NCBI RefSeq assembly: GCF_006345805.1
Contig: NC_043006.1
Span: 96,968,001 to 97,032,000 of the forward strand
Length of the DNA: 64,000 nucleotides
Direction of reading: 5' to 3'
Origin: Octopus sinensis
Lineage: Eukaryota
The position numbers and the translations under genes were made by a program. Of this stretch, positions 1-12,507 are shown one piece after another; the first letter of the stretch is position 1, and each line of letters begins with the position of its first letter. The notes under the pieces are model-generated. The model saw nothing but the letters and a program-made list of their open reading frames with translations, was not told where the DNA came from and made no database searches.

Positions 1-126
1 GGCTTGAAGACACCAAAACAGAAATGGCTAAGAAAGCCCGAATTGGCATCTATAAGGGAAGTAACTCTCTAAAATGCTTATATAGTTTTCCCTTACAAAC
101 CCGAGCAACGCCGGGCGATACTGCTA

Positions 127-127
<1 letters not shown>
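1..127 (+). mobile_element. Helitron 3' terminus (probably non-autonomous)
   Basis: Subterminal GC hairpin CCCGAGCAACGCCGGG (100-115), then CTAG (124-127) followed by T: the canonical Helitron 3' end. Confidence 0.7.
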
Positions 128-171
<44 letters not shown>

Positions 172-177
172 TATATA

Positions 178-510
178 ACTTAGATGTATCGCGACCAAAG
201 ATTGGTCCAGGCCACGTTTAACTTAATACCATCGTCTGAAAGGATTAGCTAAATCTTTTTTAAATCAAGTTTTGTGGTAGGAAGTTCTTGTTGAATGAGT
301 TGTATCCAGGAAATTTGTCCAGATTCCGTTTAAAGGTGATGGGATCCTTTTCCTCTTTGATCTGTTTCGGGACAATGTTAAGTAGGGCAGGGCCTGTTGA
401 GGAAAAGAAATTGTGTCGCAGTGTATTTATGTGTTCCAATCCGAAATTGGATAGGGGACGTATGGCCCGTGGTCCTAGTCTTGGGTAAATTTTGAAGCTA
501 ATATTGAGAT
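178..510 (-). mobile_element. CR1-group LINE 3' fragment (ORF2 C-terminus and 3' UTR)
   Basis: ORF 260..589(-) reads HNFFSSTGPALLNIVPKQIKEEKDPITFKRNLDKF, resembling the CR1-group post-RT motif (N.LP...FK..LD.F). A short tail runs into (TA)n. Confidence 0.7.
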
Positions 511-618
511 TTACGTCACCGCAACTTAGAGGTTTAGCAAAATAGATCGATAGAATATGCTCTTCAAGGCGGCGAGCCTGCATGGTCACAGTCTAATGAC
601 TGAAGCAAGTAAAAGCTA
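511..618 (+). mobile_element. SINE family A, degenerate 3' half
   Basis: Tail AAGGCGG..GCATGGTCACAGTCTAATGACTGAAGCAAGTAAAAG matches the full copy at 710-1126. Confidence 0.75.
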
Positions 619-642
619 AATATATATATATATATATATATA

Positions 643-675
<33 letters not shown>

Positions 676-709
676 ATATCTATATAAAGATATATATATA
701 AGATATATA

Positions 710-871
710 GGCGCAGGAGTGGCTGTGTGGTAAGTAGCTTGCTAACCACCCTCATGGTCCGGGTTCAGTCCCACTGCGTGGCATCTTGGGCAAGTGTCTT
801 CTGCTATAGCCCCGGGCCGACCAATGCCTTGTGAGTGGATTTGGTAGACGGAAACTGAAAGAAGCCTGTCG

Positions 872-902
<31 letters not shown>

Positions 903-1125
903 GTATGTGTGTTTTTGATGTCTGTGTTTGTCCCCTAGCATTGCTTGACAACCGATGCTGTGTGTTTAACGTCCCGTCACTTAGCGGTTCGGCAAAAAGA
1001 CCAATAGAATAATACTGGGCTTACAAAGAATAAGTCCCGGGGTCGATTTGCTTGACTAAAGGCGGTGCTCCAGCATGGCCGCAGTCAAATGACTGAAACA
1101 AGTAAAAGAGAAAAGAGAAAAGAGA

Positions 1126-1126
<1 letters not shown>
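710..1126 (+). mobile_element. tRNA-derived SINE family A, full length (probably one of the octopus OK/OR families)
   Basis: A-box TGGCTGTGTGG, B-box GGTTCAGTCCC, internal (TA)n(TG)n tract, tail GGCGGTGCTCCAGCATGGCCGCAGTCAAATGACTGAAAC plus (AAAAGAG)n. Near-identical copies occur throughout the window. Confidence 0.92.
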
Positions 1127-1156
<30 letters not shown>

Positions 1157-1626
1157 GTGTGTGTGTGTGTGTGTGTGTGTGTATAAGTATTTAGACCATG
1201 TCTAGATAGAATTGCGTCTTGTATCTCCTCTCCATATACTTCTTTTTATGAAGCTCTGTATATATTACACTTCACATTCACAAAAGCTCACTCAAAGAAA
1301 ATATTACTCTGACATAAACACACGTACACATCACACAAAGGCAGACATATGTAAACACGCACACACGTACACACACACGTACACACCCGTGCACACACGT
1401 TCACCTATACTTCTCTCCCACTCTCTCTCTAGTTTATCTATTAGTCTGTCTCTTTTAATACTACTCCTCCTTGATCTTGTCTTTACGTCATACACATTTT
1501 ATTCGCTCCCACCATCGCCATTTATATTTCTCATATGCCCCAGGTTTCTTCCTCACAATCTTTTTCATTTTCTTTTCCCATTCTCACCTTTTCTCTCCCC
1601 AATACTCTTCCCTCATTTTTGCTTCC

Positions 1627-1692
<66 letters not shown>

Positions 1693-1777
1693 TATATATA
1701 TATCTTCCTCTCTCTCCCTCGACTTCTCTCTCCGTTTCTCTCTTCATTTATCTCTCTTCCTTTCTCTCTCTTTGTCT

Positions 1778-1813
<36 letters not shown>

Positions 1814-2764
1814 CTCTCTGTGCCTCTCTCTCTCTCTCGATCTCTCTCTCTGTTTCTCTCTCTCTGCCTCTCTCTCTGCCTCTCTCTCTCTCTCTCGAAC
1901 TCTCTCTTGCCCCTCATATGTCAATACCCCTCGACAGCTCTCTAAAGGTCGCCGCTTTCCCTTTGTGGATCGTGCAAAAATTCCATCTATCCTCGGCCGG
2001 ATTTCAATCAAAGACTTACAAAGTGTTTCAGTTCTTTTGATGGAAAACAGCGAAAACAGCAAAATGGGAAGGAATTTCGCGTCATCGTTTTATCTCCTCA
2101 GTTTTTACTTCTTTCCTTCATTCCAATCATCGTTTCATTCACTTCCGCCTTATCCTTATTGTTTCTCTTTCTTTATTTTCTTTCTTTCCTTCTCTTTTTA
2201 CCTTGCATTTTGTCTTCTTTGTTTTCTCTTTCACTGACATTTCCAAAATACCTGCTTGGATGCTTTTATATAACATCACTGGACTTAGACCAATATATAA
2301 ATGCGTTTATGCATGTTTCTATGCACATGTGTGTGTGTGTGCGTGTGTTTATATATATCTGTGTGAGTGCTTGGATATATACACACATAAATACACACGC
2401 GAATCTAGCGCGCACACACGTATACAAATAAAAACGAACACACATTTATACCCAGTTTAGTACATCCCCGTCTAGTGATAACTCGCAACTGCGCGATTTT
2501 TCGTGGAGACAATATTTTCTGTGAGACAGCACTAACCTGTAAAGAACAATGATTTCATAGAAATTGGATCGTGATGGAGCTATACTTACGCAACCATCTA
2601 AAGGGATTCTGCTAAAGGCACCCTCGGTTGCGTGGTATTTTAAAGAAGTATTAGTTAATTTTGGTAATTATTAATTTAAGGAATACAAGCAACTCTTTTA
2701 TATTGATAATTTTATATAACAAGTCCCTAAAATTAAGGCAATTTAACGCAATGAGATTATCAGA

Positions 2765-3433
2765 GAGTCTCTCCTCCTCTCGCCCTACCCACACAAAGCT
2801 CTCCAACTCCTATTCCCAATTCCTCCGTTTGCGCAGACTCTGCAGTGACAACCATGACTTTGAGACTCAGTCTCAACTCATGGCTCGCCACTTCATCCTT
2901 CGTGCCTATCCCCTCACCACTATCCACACCGTACTTGCCAGAGCACGTTCCGTGGACCGTGCCTCTGCTCTCTTTCCCGTCACCCGCTCCGCCGTTACCC
3001 GTTTCCCGTTTCCTCTCACCTACCACCCCTCCAACTTGATTTCCAACGCACCATTCTGCGAGCCTTCCGGCGACTCCAGTCCGACCCCTCCATTTCGCAC
3101 ATCTTCCCCCTTCAAACGAGCCCACAGCCTACGTGACTTCCCCTGATCCACAGTTTCTTCCCTAACTCCACCTCCCAGCCTGGCTCGTTCCCTGCTCCTG
3201 CCCACTTGCCCCACTTGCCCCTGCCTATCCAACACCACCATTCTGACAGGGAATCATCATCGTCCCTATTATATCACTGACTTCTTTACCTGCATTTCTA
3301 GCAGCGTCACTTACTGCATCTCCTGCTCTTTCTGTCCTTCTCTGTACTTCGTTCTGACGGGTTGCCGCTTGGCTGACCGGTTCGCGGAGCAACTCCAAAA
3401 CATTAAACTCAGCAACGACACCCGTGTCAGCGG
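2765..3433 (+). mobile_element. Penelope-like element remnant (RT C-terminus, linker, GIY-YIG endonuclease)
   Basis: SYSQFLRLRRLCS...RAYP thumb motif, then FTCISSSVTYCISCSFCPSLY...RLADRFAE (Cys-rich linker and GIY-YIG). Frameshifted; cut by the gap. Confidence 0.88.
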
Positions 3434-3533
3434 NNNNNNNNNNNNNNNNNNNNNNNNNNNNNNNNNNNNNNNNNNNNNNNNNNNNNNNNNNNNNNNNNNN
3501 NNNNNNNNNNNNNNNNNNNNNNNNNNNNNNNNN
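3434..3533. other. Assembly gap (100 N)
   Basis: Run of N. Confidence 0.99.
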
Positions 3534-4199
3534 TCTTCAGAGGCAATATTTATGATTATAATTAAAATATTAGTACAATATTTTTACTCCTCATCAAAAC
3601 CCGCAATGTTTGCGGTCCTATTTTAGATATAAATACACGTGGTCGTCGTGTGAGTATTTTAACCTGACATTTTCGAATCTATACTTGCCAGTGTTTGTGT
3701 ATAGATGTGCAAACTCACTTTGTTATGGGTATGTATTAACACTTGTTCGTAAATTTTTAGATATTTTGTGCTAAAAATAGAAGAAAACCTATCTAAGATT
3801 TTAATCTGAAAATTAGCTAATTCACAATTAATGTGGAGTCTTTTTAAATATCTTCTCACTAGCCCACTTTCAATTGCATGTATTTATGGATTTTACTTTT
3901 GATAGCTTCGTAATGTTTATACATTAATTCAGTATGGAAGAGATAAGTTCTGTTTTGACCTTCTCACTTAAAATAATTATATATATATATATATAATTAT
4001 TAATTTAATATATAAACTGCTTATTTCCATGCTGACTACTTGATAATTATCATTAACGTGATTTTTATCCTTATTTTATGAATATAAATAAGTAAATAAA
4101 ATATTAGTATAATATGTTTACTCCTCATCAAAAATCCACATTTTCTGTGGTCCTATTTTTTATATAAATGCATGTGGCCTCTAAGAATGAATAAGGGAA

Positions 4200-4895
4200 A
4201 CCTATGTACCTATGTATAATACTTATTTATTGATCAAAGTAGAATCCATCAACATCAACAACCTTTCCCATCTCCTTAGGATTCTATATATACTTCGAAA
4301 AAATTATTGTCCTTGAAGTTATAAATTACCCAGACATTGTCTTTACTTCTCCATGGTATAGACTTTGTCGCGAATGAAAAGCTCATGGTGACGAAATATG
4401 ATAATCTGTCGGTGATATGTTTGGGGATTATGGACGGTGATCCACTATTTGAGAATTAAACTGCTGCAACTTTGCTTTGGTGATTTGCGATACGTGGTAA
4501 GAATATAGACGCTTGTCGCTTTATCAATGCCGAATGTCTCCTGGCAAATTTGGAATTCATTTCCTCAGTTTGCTAGCTGTCGAAGTAGTATGTTATTTCT
4601 CTTGGCAGCAGAAAAGAATGATAGATGATTCCTTGATAATACCAAAAAATAGTAACTATAACGTTTTGAAGTGTACATGTTTCGGAATTGTGAAGCGGGT
4701 TTTGAAACTTGTTCAAGCGACTTAGCTTGCATTTGATTGACTGCCAAAATCTTTTGCTGTAATCGGTGATTATTCTTCCGAAACCGATTCCCTTTCTTTT
4801 CGTGCCACAAGAAAAAAACAGATTGACAAACAACGCATCTTTTCCGCAGCGGTTAATTGATATGAAACAAATTTCTCCATCTTTTTCACTGTACA
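4200..4895 (-). mobile_element. Degenerate mariner (DD34D-like) transposase
   Basis: Minus-strand remnants KRKGIGFGRIITD (cf. FLHRIVTGDE), VTIFWYYQGIIYHSFLLP (cf. WWD..GVIY.ELLP) and HRP*SPNISPTDYHI (cf. HPPYSPDLAPSDYHLF). Confidence 0.75.
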
Positions 4896-5109
4896 CATGT
4901 GCACACATACATACATACGTACATACATACGTACATACATACCTACATACATACATACATACATACATACATACATACATACATACAAGTATGTGAGTGT
5001 GTGTGTATGTATGCATGTATGTATTAATGTATGTACGTACGAACGTACGTATGTATGTATGCATATGTCAGGTACGTATGTATGCATGCATATGTACGTA
5101 CGTATGTAT

Positions 5110-5663
5110 GTCAGGTCACTTTCGAGTGCTGTTGGTAACTTGTAACCCAGCACAACCTGTTGCATTGTCGGGTCGTCGGTGACTAAACCGGCAACCCCAC
5201 CAAGCTTGCTTGATGAGACGGGTGTTTATTGAACACCCTGCGGGATGAAAAACAAAACCCGTCAAAGGGCGGAGGAACTCTTGAGAGTCAACAGCCATCC
5301 AATAAATGTCTTAAGGATGTATCATGCGCGGGAACAGAGAAATAATTGGACTGAATACCCGATCGCGCGATTAAACCATTGGGAGTGAAGGACTCCTAGC
5401 CATTGTTAGGGCATCCTTCTAGGAGAAGGCAACTCAGGTATCTGGGATAACTCCGACATGAAACCTGCGGCTCAGTGTTTACCGATGATGTTGACTTGTC
5501 CTTCTTTTCGGATTATGGCTGCTGTTGCTTAGTGAGTGGGATTGACTCAGTGCATAGCCGTTCCTCACTTTAAAAAAAATCGTCTTGCACAGGCATTGCA
5601 CGATAACAACATTGATTAAGCTTCAAGCAATGGCCATACTCGATAACGAGGGGCCAGCCACCA
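5110..5663 (+). mobile_element. Non-coding interspersed element, possibly derived from an RTE 5' UTR, inserted in (TATG)n
   Basis: GC-richer island between TATG repeats. Contains GGGCATCCTTCTAGGAGAAGGCAACTC, resembling the motif in RTE-clade 5' UTRs. Confidence 0.45.
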
Positions 5664-5699
5664 TGCATGTATGCATTTATTATGTATGTATGTATGTAT

Positions 5700-6830
5700 A
5701 CACACGTTGATTGGTTCTAAGGTAAGAGTTTATTAAATAAAATTTAATTTGCAAAATTGCATGGTCTTTACTGATCAAATTCATTTTCTTTTACGAAAGA
5801 CTGTTTTTAAACTGATGACCATTTTGCTCCAAGACCCAAAGGAATGGAATTGTAAGCATCAAAAACAATTTCTTCGGTGTTTGTTCGCATTCTCGTTCGA
5901 TGGTTACACTCAATTCCTCGACTCTTGGCAGTTTTGTATTGTCAACTTTTAAGTTGACAATCATTTAAGTATTTTCATAAAAAAAAATGTCTAGCAGTGA
6001 CCCCTGAACCTCTTCGTCCAATCCACTTGTTTGGCAAAATCTCATCAAAGTAAGCCTTTACAATAGTCTACTAGTGTGGAGGTACAAGATTTGGCTGGAA
6101 ATAAAACTCCTTATTTTCAAAGTCCTATTGAAAGTTTGGCATGACAGATCGTCTCAACAATTGCAAGTTAATGAGACTAGTTAGAGTATCTTGAGAAAAA
6201 GAATGGTCCAGTTACTTCTTTTGAAGATAAATCGAACCACGCTATAACTGCTCGTGAGTCATCATGATGTTCCTTCGTAATACGCGGATTCCCAGGTCCT
6301 CATCGGGTGCAATTGCGGCGATTAAGTGAGCCATTTGATTTTAATGTAGCCTCAACACGCCAAACAATCGCTGTAGAAACTGAGAATATTTCCAAATACC
6401 ACTCGCCAGGTCACGCTCTTCGGTCCAGTTCATCCTCATTAAGAGCATGGAGTATTCTTGGAATGTAACTATTACAATGACAACGCTTCAAAATACAATG
6501 CCTGCTGGATTTTGAAATCCCTATTCCATGACTCGCTTACTTTACTGCACAGACTTTCAATACTCTATCAATACGTATCGAGTATCCATGCTTCCTTTCC
6601 GGGGGCAATGGTGTATGCAGTCTTCTAAACAGTTCTTTCTGCATCAGATCAATCTCTAATTTTATTCATGGTATTTCGCGTTGGTGGGTCTTCCATCCAA
6701 ACTCACCTTACATTTCGACTATGTTTTCAAAGTTGCAGTAGTACTTAAGGATAAATTTCCTTTCATCAAAGCTTAGTCTAGAATTTCTCGTTAATTCTAA
6801 TGGGTTAATTTTAAAATAGAGTTGTAAGCT
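5700..6830 (-). mobile_element. Degenerate Tc1/mariner element (DUF4817-type N-terminal HTH)
   Basis: RLSFDERKFILKYYCNFENIVE at 6708-6790 is typical of this N-terminus. Decayed catalytic-domain remnants lie downstream. Confidence 0.65.
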
Positions 6831-7019
6831 ATTTAAGTATGTAAATATTTTTGGTGTCTGCACACTTGTCGCGAAAACATATAGGTGTAGGTTCGAGCCC
6901 CATGAGTACGGCAAATGCTACTTTTTTTCCACCAAGGGCTTATATACCCCAATATTAGACTATTTAACTTAGACAATGCACAGTGGTCGCTTATAAGCTT
7001 TGGGTTATAAAAATATTGC

Positions 7020-7210
7020 TATTATTATCATAATTATTATTATTATTATTTATTATTATTATTTTATTATATTATTATTATTATTATTATTATTATCATT
7101 ATTATTATTATTATTTATTATTAGTGTTATGATTATTATTATTATTATTATATTATTATTATTATTATTATTATATTATTTATTATTATTATTATTATCA
7201 TTATTACTAT
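7020..7210. repeat. (ATT)n microsatellite
   Basis: Direct inspection. Confidence 0.95.
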
Positions 7211-7736
7211 TGAGTAGAGAGCAGTGCATGCCATCAAAGTGACACTGGGGGGTAAAATATACGAAGCCCAATATACCATCATGACTACCCGTCTGATAAG
7301 GGTACACCAGGCACATGCATCACAACAATATGTGCGCGACATGGTGATCTCATATCAAGATAAACAGCACATGACCTTGCAGGTGGGGCCCAGTTAGAAT
7401 TTTCTTCTGGTCGAGTAACCCATCTCGCTCAAAAGGTCCCTGAATAAGGGTTGTTTAAGGATGTTGAAAGAAACACCCATGTTTCCAGATGTGAATTATT
7501 CAAACCCCAAAGAATTCTTCTCAACACATGGCTATGATGCACTCCCACTACTTTTGTTCGTGATTAGAGATGCACTAAGGGACATGCTCAACTGATTAAG
7601 GTCAAACAACTGACAAGCAAAACTGTGGTATTGAGCAGAATATTTGCTGTAGCCCATCTTTTATACCAAGACAAAACAATGTACATCAGTTAAGATTAGA
7701 AGCCATGAGAGCCACTGCCTGGTACTGCATCAGGGC
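7211..7736 (-). mobile_element. About 525-bp non-coding element inserted in (AAT)n
   Basis: Discrete GC-richer block with sharp ends between two ATT tracts; no ORF. Strand is inferred from the AAT tail. Confidence 0.55.
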
Positions 7737-7745
7737 TTTTTATCA

Positions 7746-7785
<40 letters not shown>

Positions 7786-8089
7786 CAAATTGTAAAATTC
7801 GGCACCGCTTACCAAATAATCGCAGAAAACTCACATGGAAAGTTTGTTTACAAAAAAAAAAAAAAGAAAACACTATGAAATTATAGTTCTTAAATCTGAC
7901 AGAAGGAAGTTAGGAGTACGTTAGTGTAAATGGTAGCACACTTATCGCGAATACACAGAGGTGTGGGCTTGAGTTCCATGCGTACGACAACCCCTGCTTT
8001 TTTCTGCTAAGTTCTTATATGCTCCAATATTAGACTAACTTAGTCAATGCAAATGAAAGAAATCATCATTATTATTATTATTATTATTT

Positions 8090-8411
8090 TATTCTTTTAC
8101 TTGCTGGAGCACCGCCTTTAGTCGAGCAAATCGATCCCAGGACTTATTATTTCTAAGCCTAATACTTACTCTATCCATCTCTTTTGTAGAACCGCTAAGT
8201 TACGAGGACGTAAACACACCAGCATCGGGGGGACAAACATAGACACACAAGTACACACACATACATACATACATATATATATATATACACATACATACAT
8301 ACATATATATATATATGACGGGCTTCTTTCAGTTTCCGTCTACCAAATCCACTCACAAGGCTTTGGTCGGCTCGAGACTATAGTAGAAGACACTTGCCCA
8401 AGATGTCACGC
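8090..8411 (-). mobile_element. SINE family A, partial
   Basis: Reverse-complement match to 710-1126. Confidence 0.88.
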
Positions 8412-8423
8412 ATATATATCTAT

Positions 8424-8741
8424 ATTAGGGAACCGAAATACCACTTACTAGAAATAGCAGTTAATACGCCAACTCCACAAATTTCTCACTATTAAGAAAC
8501 ATGTATGGCGAATGTAACGAATATAATAAAAATGCAGTAAACTTGGCTGACGATCCTTAAGTACTAACGTACAAAAAGCGAAATTAATTGATACCAAGAT
8601 ATCTGTCCTTGTTTTCTGCTTTAAACAAGGTAAGGCCTATTTTTTCGTTACATTCACAGTGCGTGTTTCTTAATACTAAGAAATTTGTGGATTTGGAATG
8701 TTAACTCCTATATCTAGCAAGTGGTATTCCGGTACCCTAAT
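8424..8741. repeat. Diverged inverted repeat (about 100-bp arms), Penelope-type
   Basis: ATTAGGGAACCGAAATACCACTTACTAGA... versus ...TCTAGCAAGTGGTATTCCGGTACCCTAAT. Confidence 0.75.
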
Positions 8742-10150
8742 TTATCTATTTGTATATTTTACCTATATAGGTTAAACTGGCTGGCCACTAGAGTATTATT
8801 ATTATTTTTAATATAGTAATAATACTTTATTAAATTATGCGTGTGTGTTTCTGTGTGTGATTGTGTGTGTACTATATGCATACATATAGCTATTTATAAA
8901 CCTGGGAAAACTAAAATTTAAGGAAATTACTATGGTAGTCTGTAGATATAGCTTTATACTCAGGTGGAATTTACAATGTGAATTATTTGTCTTTCTAGTT
9001 TGAAACATCCAGAGTTCAAATAATAATATATTATTGAATATATTATTAAATGAAATCTATTATTAAACTTATTATCAAATATTATCAAAACCGAAGTGCA
9101 CATTTGCGGAAACAAGTTGACTACTGAGCAAATATACTGTTAAATTTATTGGAAGTTGTTATAAGAAGGTAAGATGCAGTTATAAAAGTTAATGAAAGTC
9201 TCTTGCTTCGAAACAAGTGGGTTTCTTCTTATATTCTCTTCCTTCTTTTTCATCGCAAGTTCAACTATCCTAACAAATTCGTTAGTATTCTCCTGTTTTA
9301 AGGCTGGCAGAGTCGTTACCAAACTGGGCGAAATACTTGGTGGTATTTCGTTCGTCTTTATGGTCTGAGTTCAATTTCTGACTTTGGTTTTCATCCCTCC
9401 GGGGTCGGTAAAATAAGTAACAGTTGATTACAAGGGTCGATATAATCGACTCACTCACTCCAATGAAATTGCTAGCCATGTGCCAAAATCTGAATCCCAT
9501 TTTTATATACAGTTATTGGGTCTACGTATAGTTAATCGTAAATAAAACACAAATAATACATGAATAAGAAAAAAATTATTTTGATAAGTATACGCATGTC
9601 CACGTAAGCACACACATAGGCACATGCATACACACATGGTCTCGTGGACGAACAGACACACACACACACACTAAGTTACAGATAAGGATATGTCATTAAA
9701 TGAAGCCATAAAAAGATAATACAATCTATATATAGATTATACAATCTATACATAATACAAGATATATGTACAATGCAAGTTATATATATTTGTATGTGTG
9801 TGTTTCAAGTATATATATATATATATATCTATATATATATGTGTGCAAAAATTTAGAGTAGTTTAAATATATTTGCGACATATTTCAACTGCTAAAAGGC
9901 TAATTCACTGCAGTTACCGAGGAGAAAATATCTCTCTTATGGTAAAAAGGTATGAAGACACCCGGTTTGGTCAGTGTCCCCATCTGTCAGGAAATCCAGA
10001 CATAGGTGCTTTGAGCTTTTTGACTCTTGTCAATGGGATGTATCTAAGACAGACAACTCTGAACAAACTTATAAAACAATAGTTTTATGGAAAAATCAAC
10101 GTCACAAACATATCTTAACTAAATTTTGCTCATGCCTAAACACTGCTTGG

Positions 10151-10229
<79 letters not shown>

Positions 10230-10327
10230 ATAAAAGGCTCCAAAATAAAGAAGCTTAGTGCTAGAGACACAAACAGGGATAAATTCATGAGAGAGTGAAA
10301 TTCAAAACATTTACCATTAACGATATA

Positions 10328-10405
10328 TCCCGGATTGATCAGTTTCTACCTCTTTCTAGCAAAACAGACAGAATATGTTTGCCAAGGCAATGTTCGTCAG
10401 CGGGA
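10328..10405 (-). ncRNA. Type I hammerhead ribozyme motif
   Basis: Minus strand: tcccg-CTGACGA-[stem II]-GAAA-ctgatcaa-TC-cggga. Stem I is 5 bp; stem III is a near-palindrome. Confidence 0.65.
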
Positions 10406-10628
10406 CGCCTTCCTAATTCTAGATGCACAGAGCGTTAGACCACATGTCGATCTAACAATTTGTATATCTTAACTTTTCAAATCTTTGCACAGACGCAAAA
10501 TATACCTGGCGATATTTCTATATGAATAATATTTTTCTATATGAATAATATTTTGTCTAATGACTAATTCGTCTTTTGTGCTGGGCCACTGGTAATAATA
10601 ACCTATGTTATTACCCTTTTTGATTATG

Positions 10629-10668
<40 letters not shown>

Positions 10669-10891
10669 AAGTATCGGGGGGTTATTTCACAGGTGATCTA
10701 AACGATTAGGTACGTTAGGTAAGTATTGTAACAAATTTCTAGGGCTCCAAGGTTATAGCCGAGATGGTAGTTATGGAGCCATTGCAGATTTCCGATATAA
10801 CGAATTTATAATTGTTAAAGAGGACAACAAACGTTAAGGCAAAGCAAACGTCTCAAGTCATGTACATTATTATTACTGGAAAAAATTTAAA

Positions 10892-10947
10892 GTCTTATAG
10901 CTGTTTCTGGGATATCTCAGCGCATGAGATATTCAGTCATCGGAGAC
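10892..10947 (-). ncRNA. Minimal hammerhead motif (CCGAUGA variant)
   Basis: gtct-CCGATGA-ctgaatatctca tgcgc tgagatatccca-GAAA-cagcta-TA-agac. Confidence 0.6.
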
Positions 10948-10959
10948 AAATAGGGAAAA

Positions 10960-11362
10960 TGAGAAGTGGCTGTGTGGTAAGTAGCTTGCTAACCAACCAC
11001 ATGGTTCCGGGTTCAGTCCCACTGCGTGGCATCTTGGGCAAGTGTCTTCTGCTATAGCCCCGGGCCGACCAATGCCTTGTGAGTGGATTTGGTAGACGGA
11101 AACTGAAAGAAGCCTGTCGTATATATGTATATATATATATGTGTGTGTGTTTGTGTGTCTGTGTTTGTCCCCCTAGCATTGCCTGACAACCGATGCTGGT
11201 GTGTTACGTCCCCGTCACTTAGCTGTTCGGCAAAAAGAGACCGATAGAATAAGTACTGGGCTTACAAGAATAGTTCCGGGGTCGATTTGCTCGACTAAAG
11301 GCGGTGCTCCAGCATGGCCGCAGTCAGATGACTGAAACAAGTAAAAGAGTAAAAAAGAGTAT
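10960..11362 (+). mobile_element. SINE family A, full length
   Basis: Nearly identical to 710-1126. Confidence 0.92.
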
Positions 11363-11704
11363 AGAAGACAGGAGTAAAAGAATAAAGAGAAGAAAAATGA
11401 AACATAAAAGTTCACAGTTCAACTTTCTGGTGTTGTAGATATGCAATCCTGCGTAAATCCATGTTCCGATGTCGTAAATATAAGTCTATAAGTCCTTAAG
11501 CGCAATCCTACGTGAAGACTTTAACCCCCATGGATTTACGCAGGATTGCATCTATGGACTTATGGACTTATATCTACAACATCAGAAAGTTGAACTGTCG
11601 ACTTTTTCTTAATTTTTCTTCTCTCTCTTCATATCCTTATTCCTTTACTCCTCTCCTCCATGTCATCATTTCATTAATCTATACCCTTTTCATTTCCCCT
11701 ATTT

Positions 11705-11760
11705 GTCTCCGATGACGGAATATCCCATACTCTGGGATATCCCAGAAACAGCTGTAAGAC
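11705..11760 (+). ncRNA. Minimal hammerhead motif (CCGAUGA variant)
   Basis: gtct-CCGATGA-cggaatatccca tactc tgggatatccca-GAAA-cagctg-TA-agac. Confidence 0.7.
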
Positions 11761-12136
11761 ATTCAATTTTTTCCAGTTATAATATTGTAGATGGCTTGAG
11801 ATATTTGCTTTGCCTTAACGTTTGTTGCCCTCTTTAACAATTATATATATATCGCATAATATTTATACCGCATACTATCTGAATATTATAAATATAAAAC
11901 ATTCAAGCATGAACAAAATTTGAAAATTATATTCTGCTTTCCATAGTATTTGAAACAGCAAATCAATTTTACGGAGATATTTTTAAATGGGGTGTTTTCG
12001 TAGCTATTGTCTACACAGTATCAAGAAAGATGAGTGAGAAAGTACGCGCGTGCTTGTGAATGAGTGTGCGTATTTGTGCCTTTGTGTGCTGGTGGGTTAA
12101 AGAATGATGGAAATTCAAAGTGCGACAGAGAAGAAT

Positions 12137-12171
<35 letters not shown>

Positions 12172-12507
12172 ATCTCAGAGAGAGAGAAAGAGAGAGACAG
12201 ACAAATTTCTGTATATACAGTTAGCATTCCGTTTCAAAAAAATTTAACGCAGACGCATTTTGGAAGAGCAAACTATGATATATATATATATATATATACA
12301 CAAAATAAAAAAATGGAGAAACATCTTAATCAATGATCAACTACCAGATAATACCCACTCACATAATTTATTAAACCACTACACATGAACATTAAGGTCA
12401 AACATAATAATATAGAACAAAACAATGTACATGAAAGAGTAATATGATACAATAAGTACAGTATGTATAAGTGAATATAAATAAATACAAATATAAATAT
12501 AAACTAC

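Larger units (their letters stand above)
10805..11850. mobile_element. Inverted Penelope-type repeat pair with a hammerhead in each arm; the left arm is interrupted by SINE A
   Basis: 10805-10965 plus 11370-11505 is the reverse complement of 11530-11850. Confidence 0.8.

Noticed and set aside
1212-2237. 341-aa ORF
   Set aside because: Built from CT, TA and CA repeats that lack stop codons; no domain.
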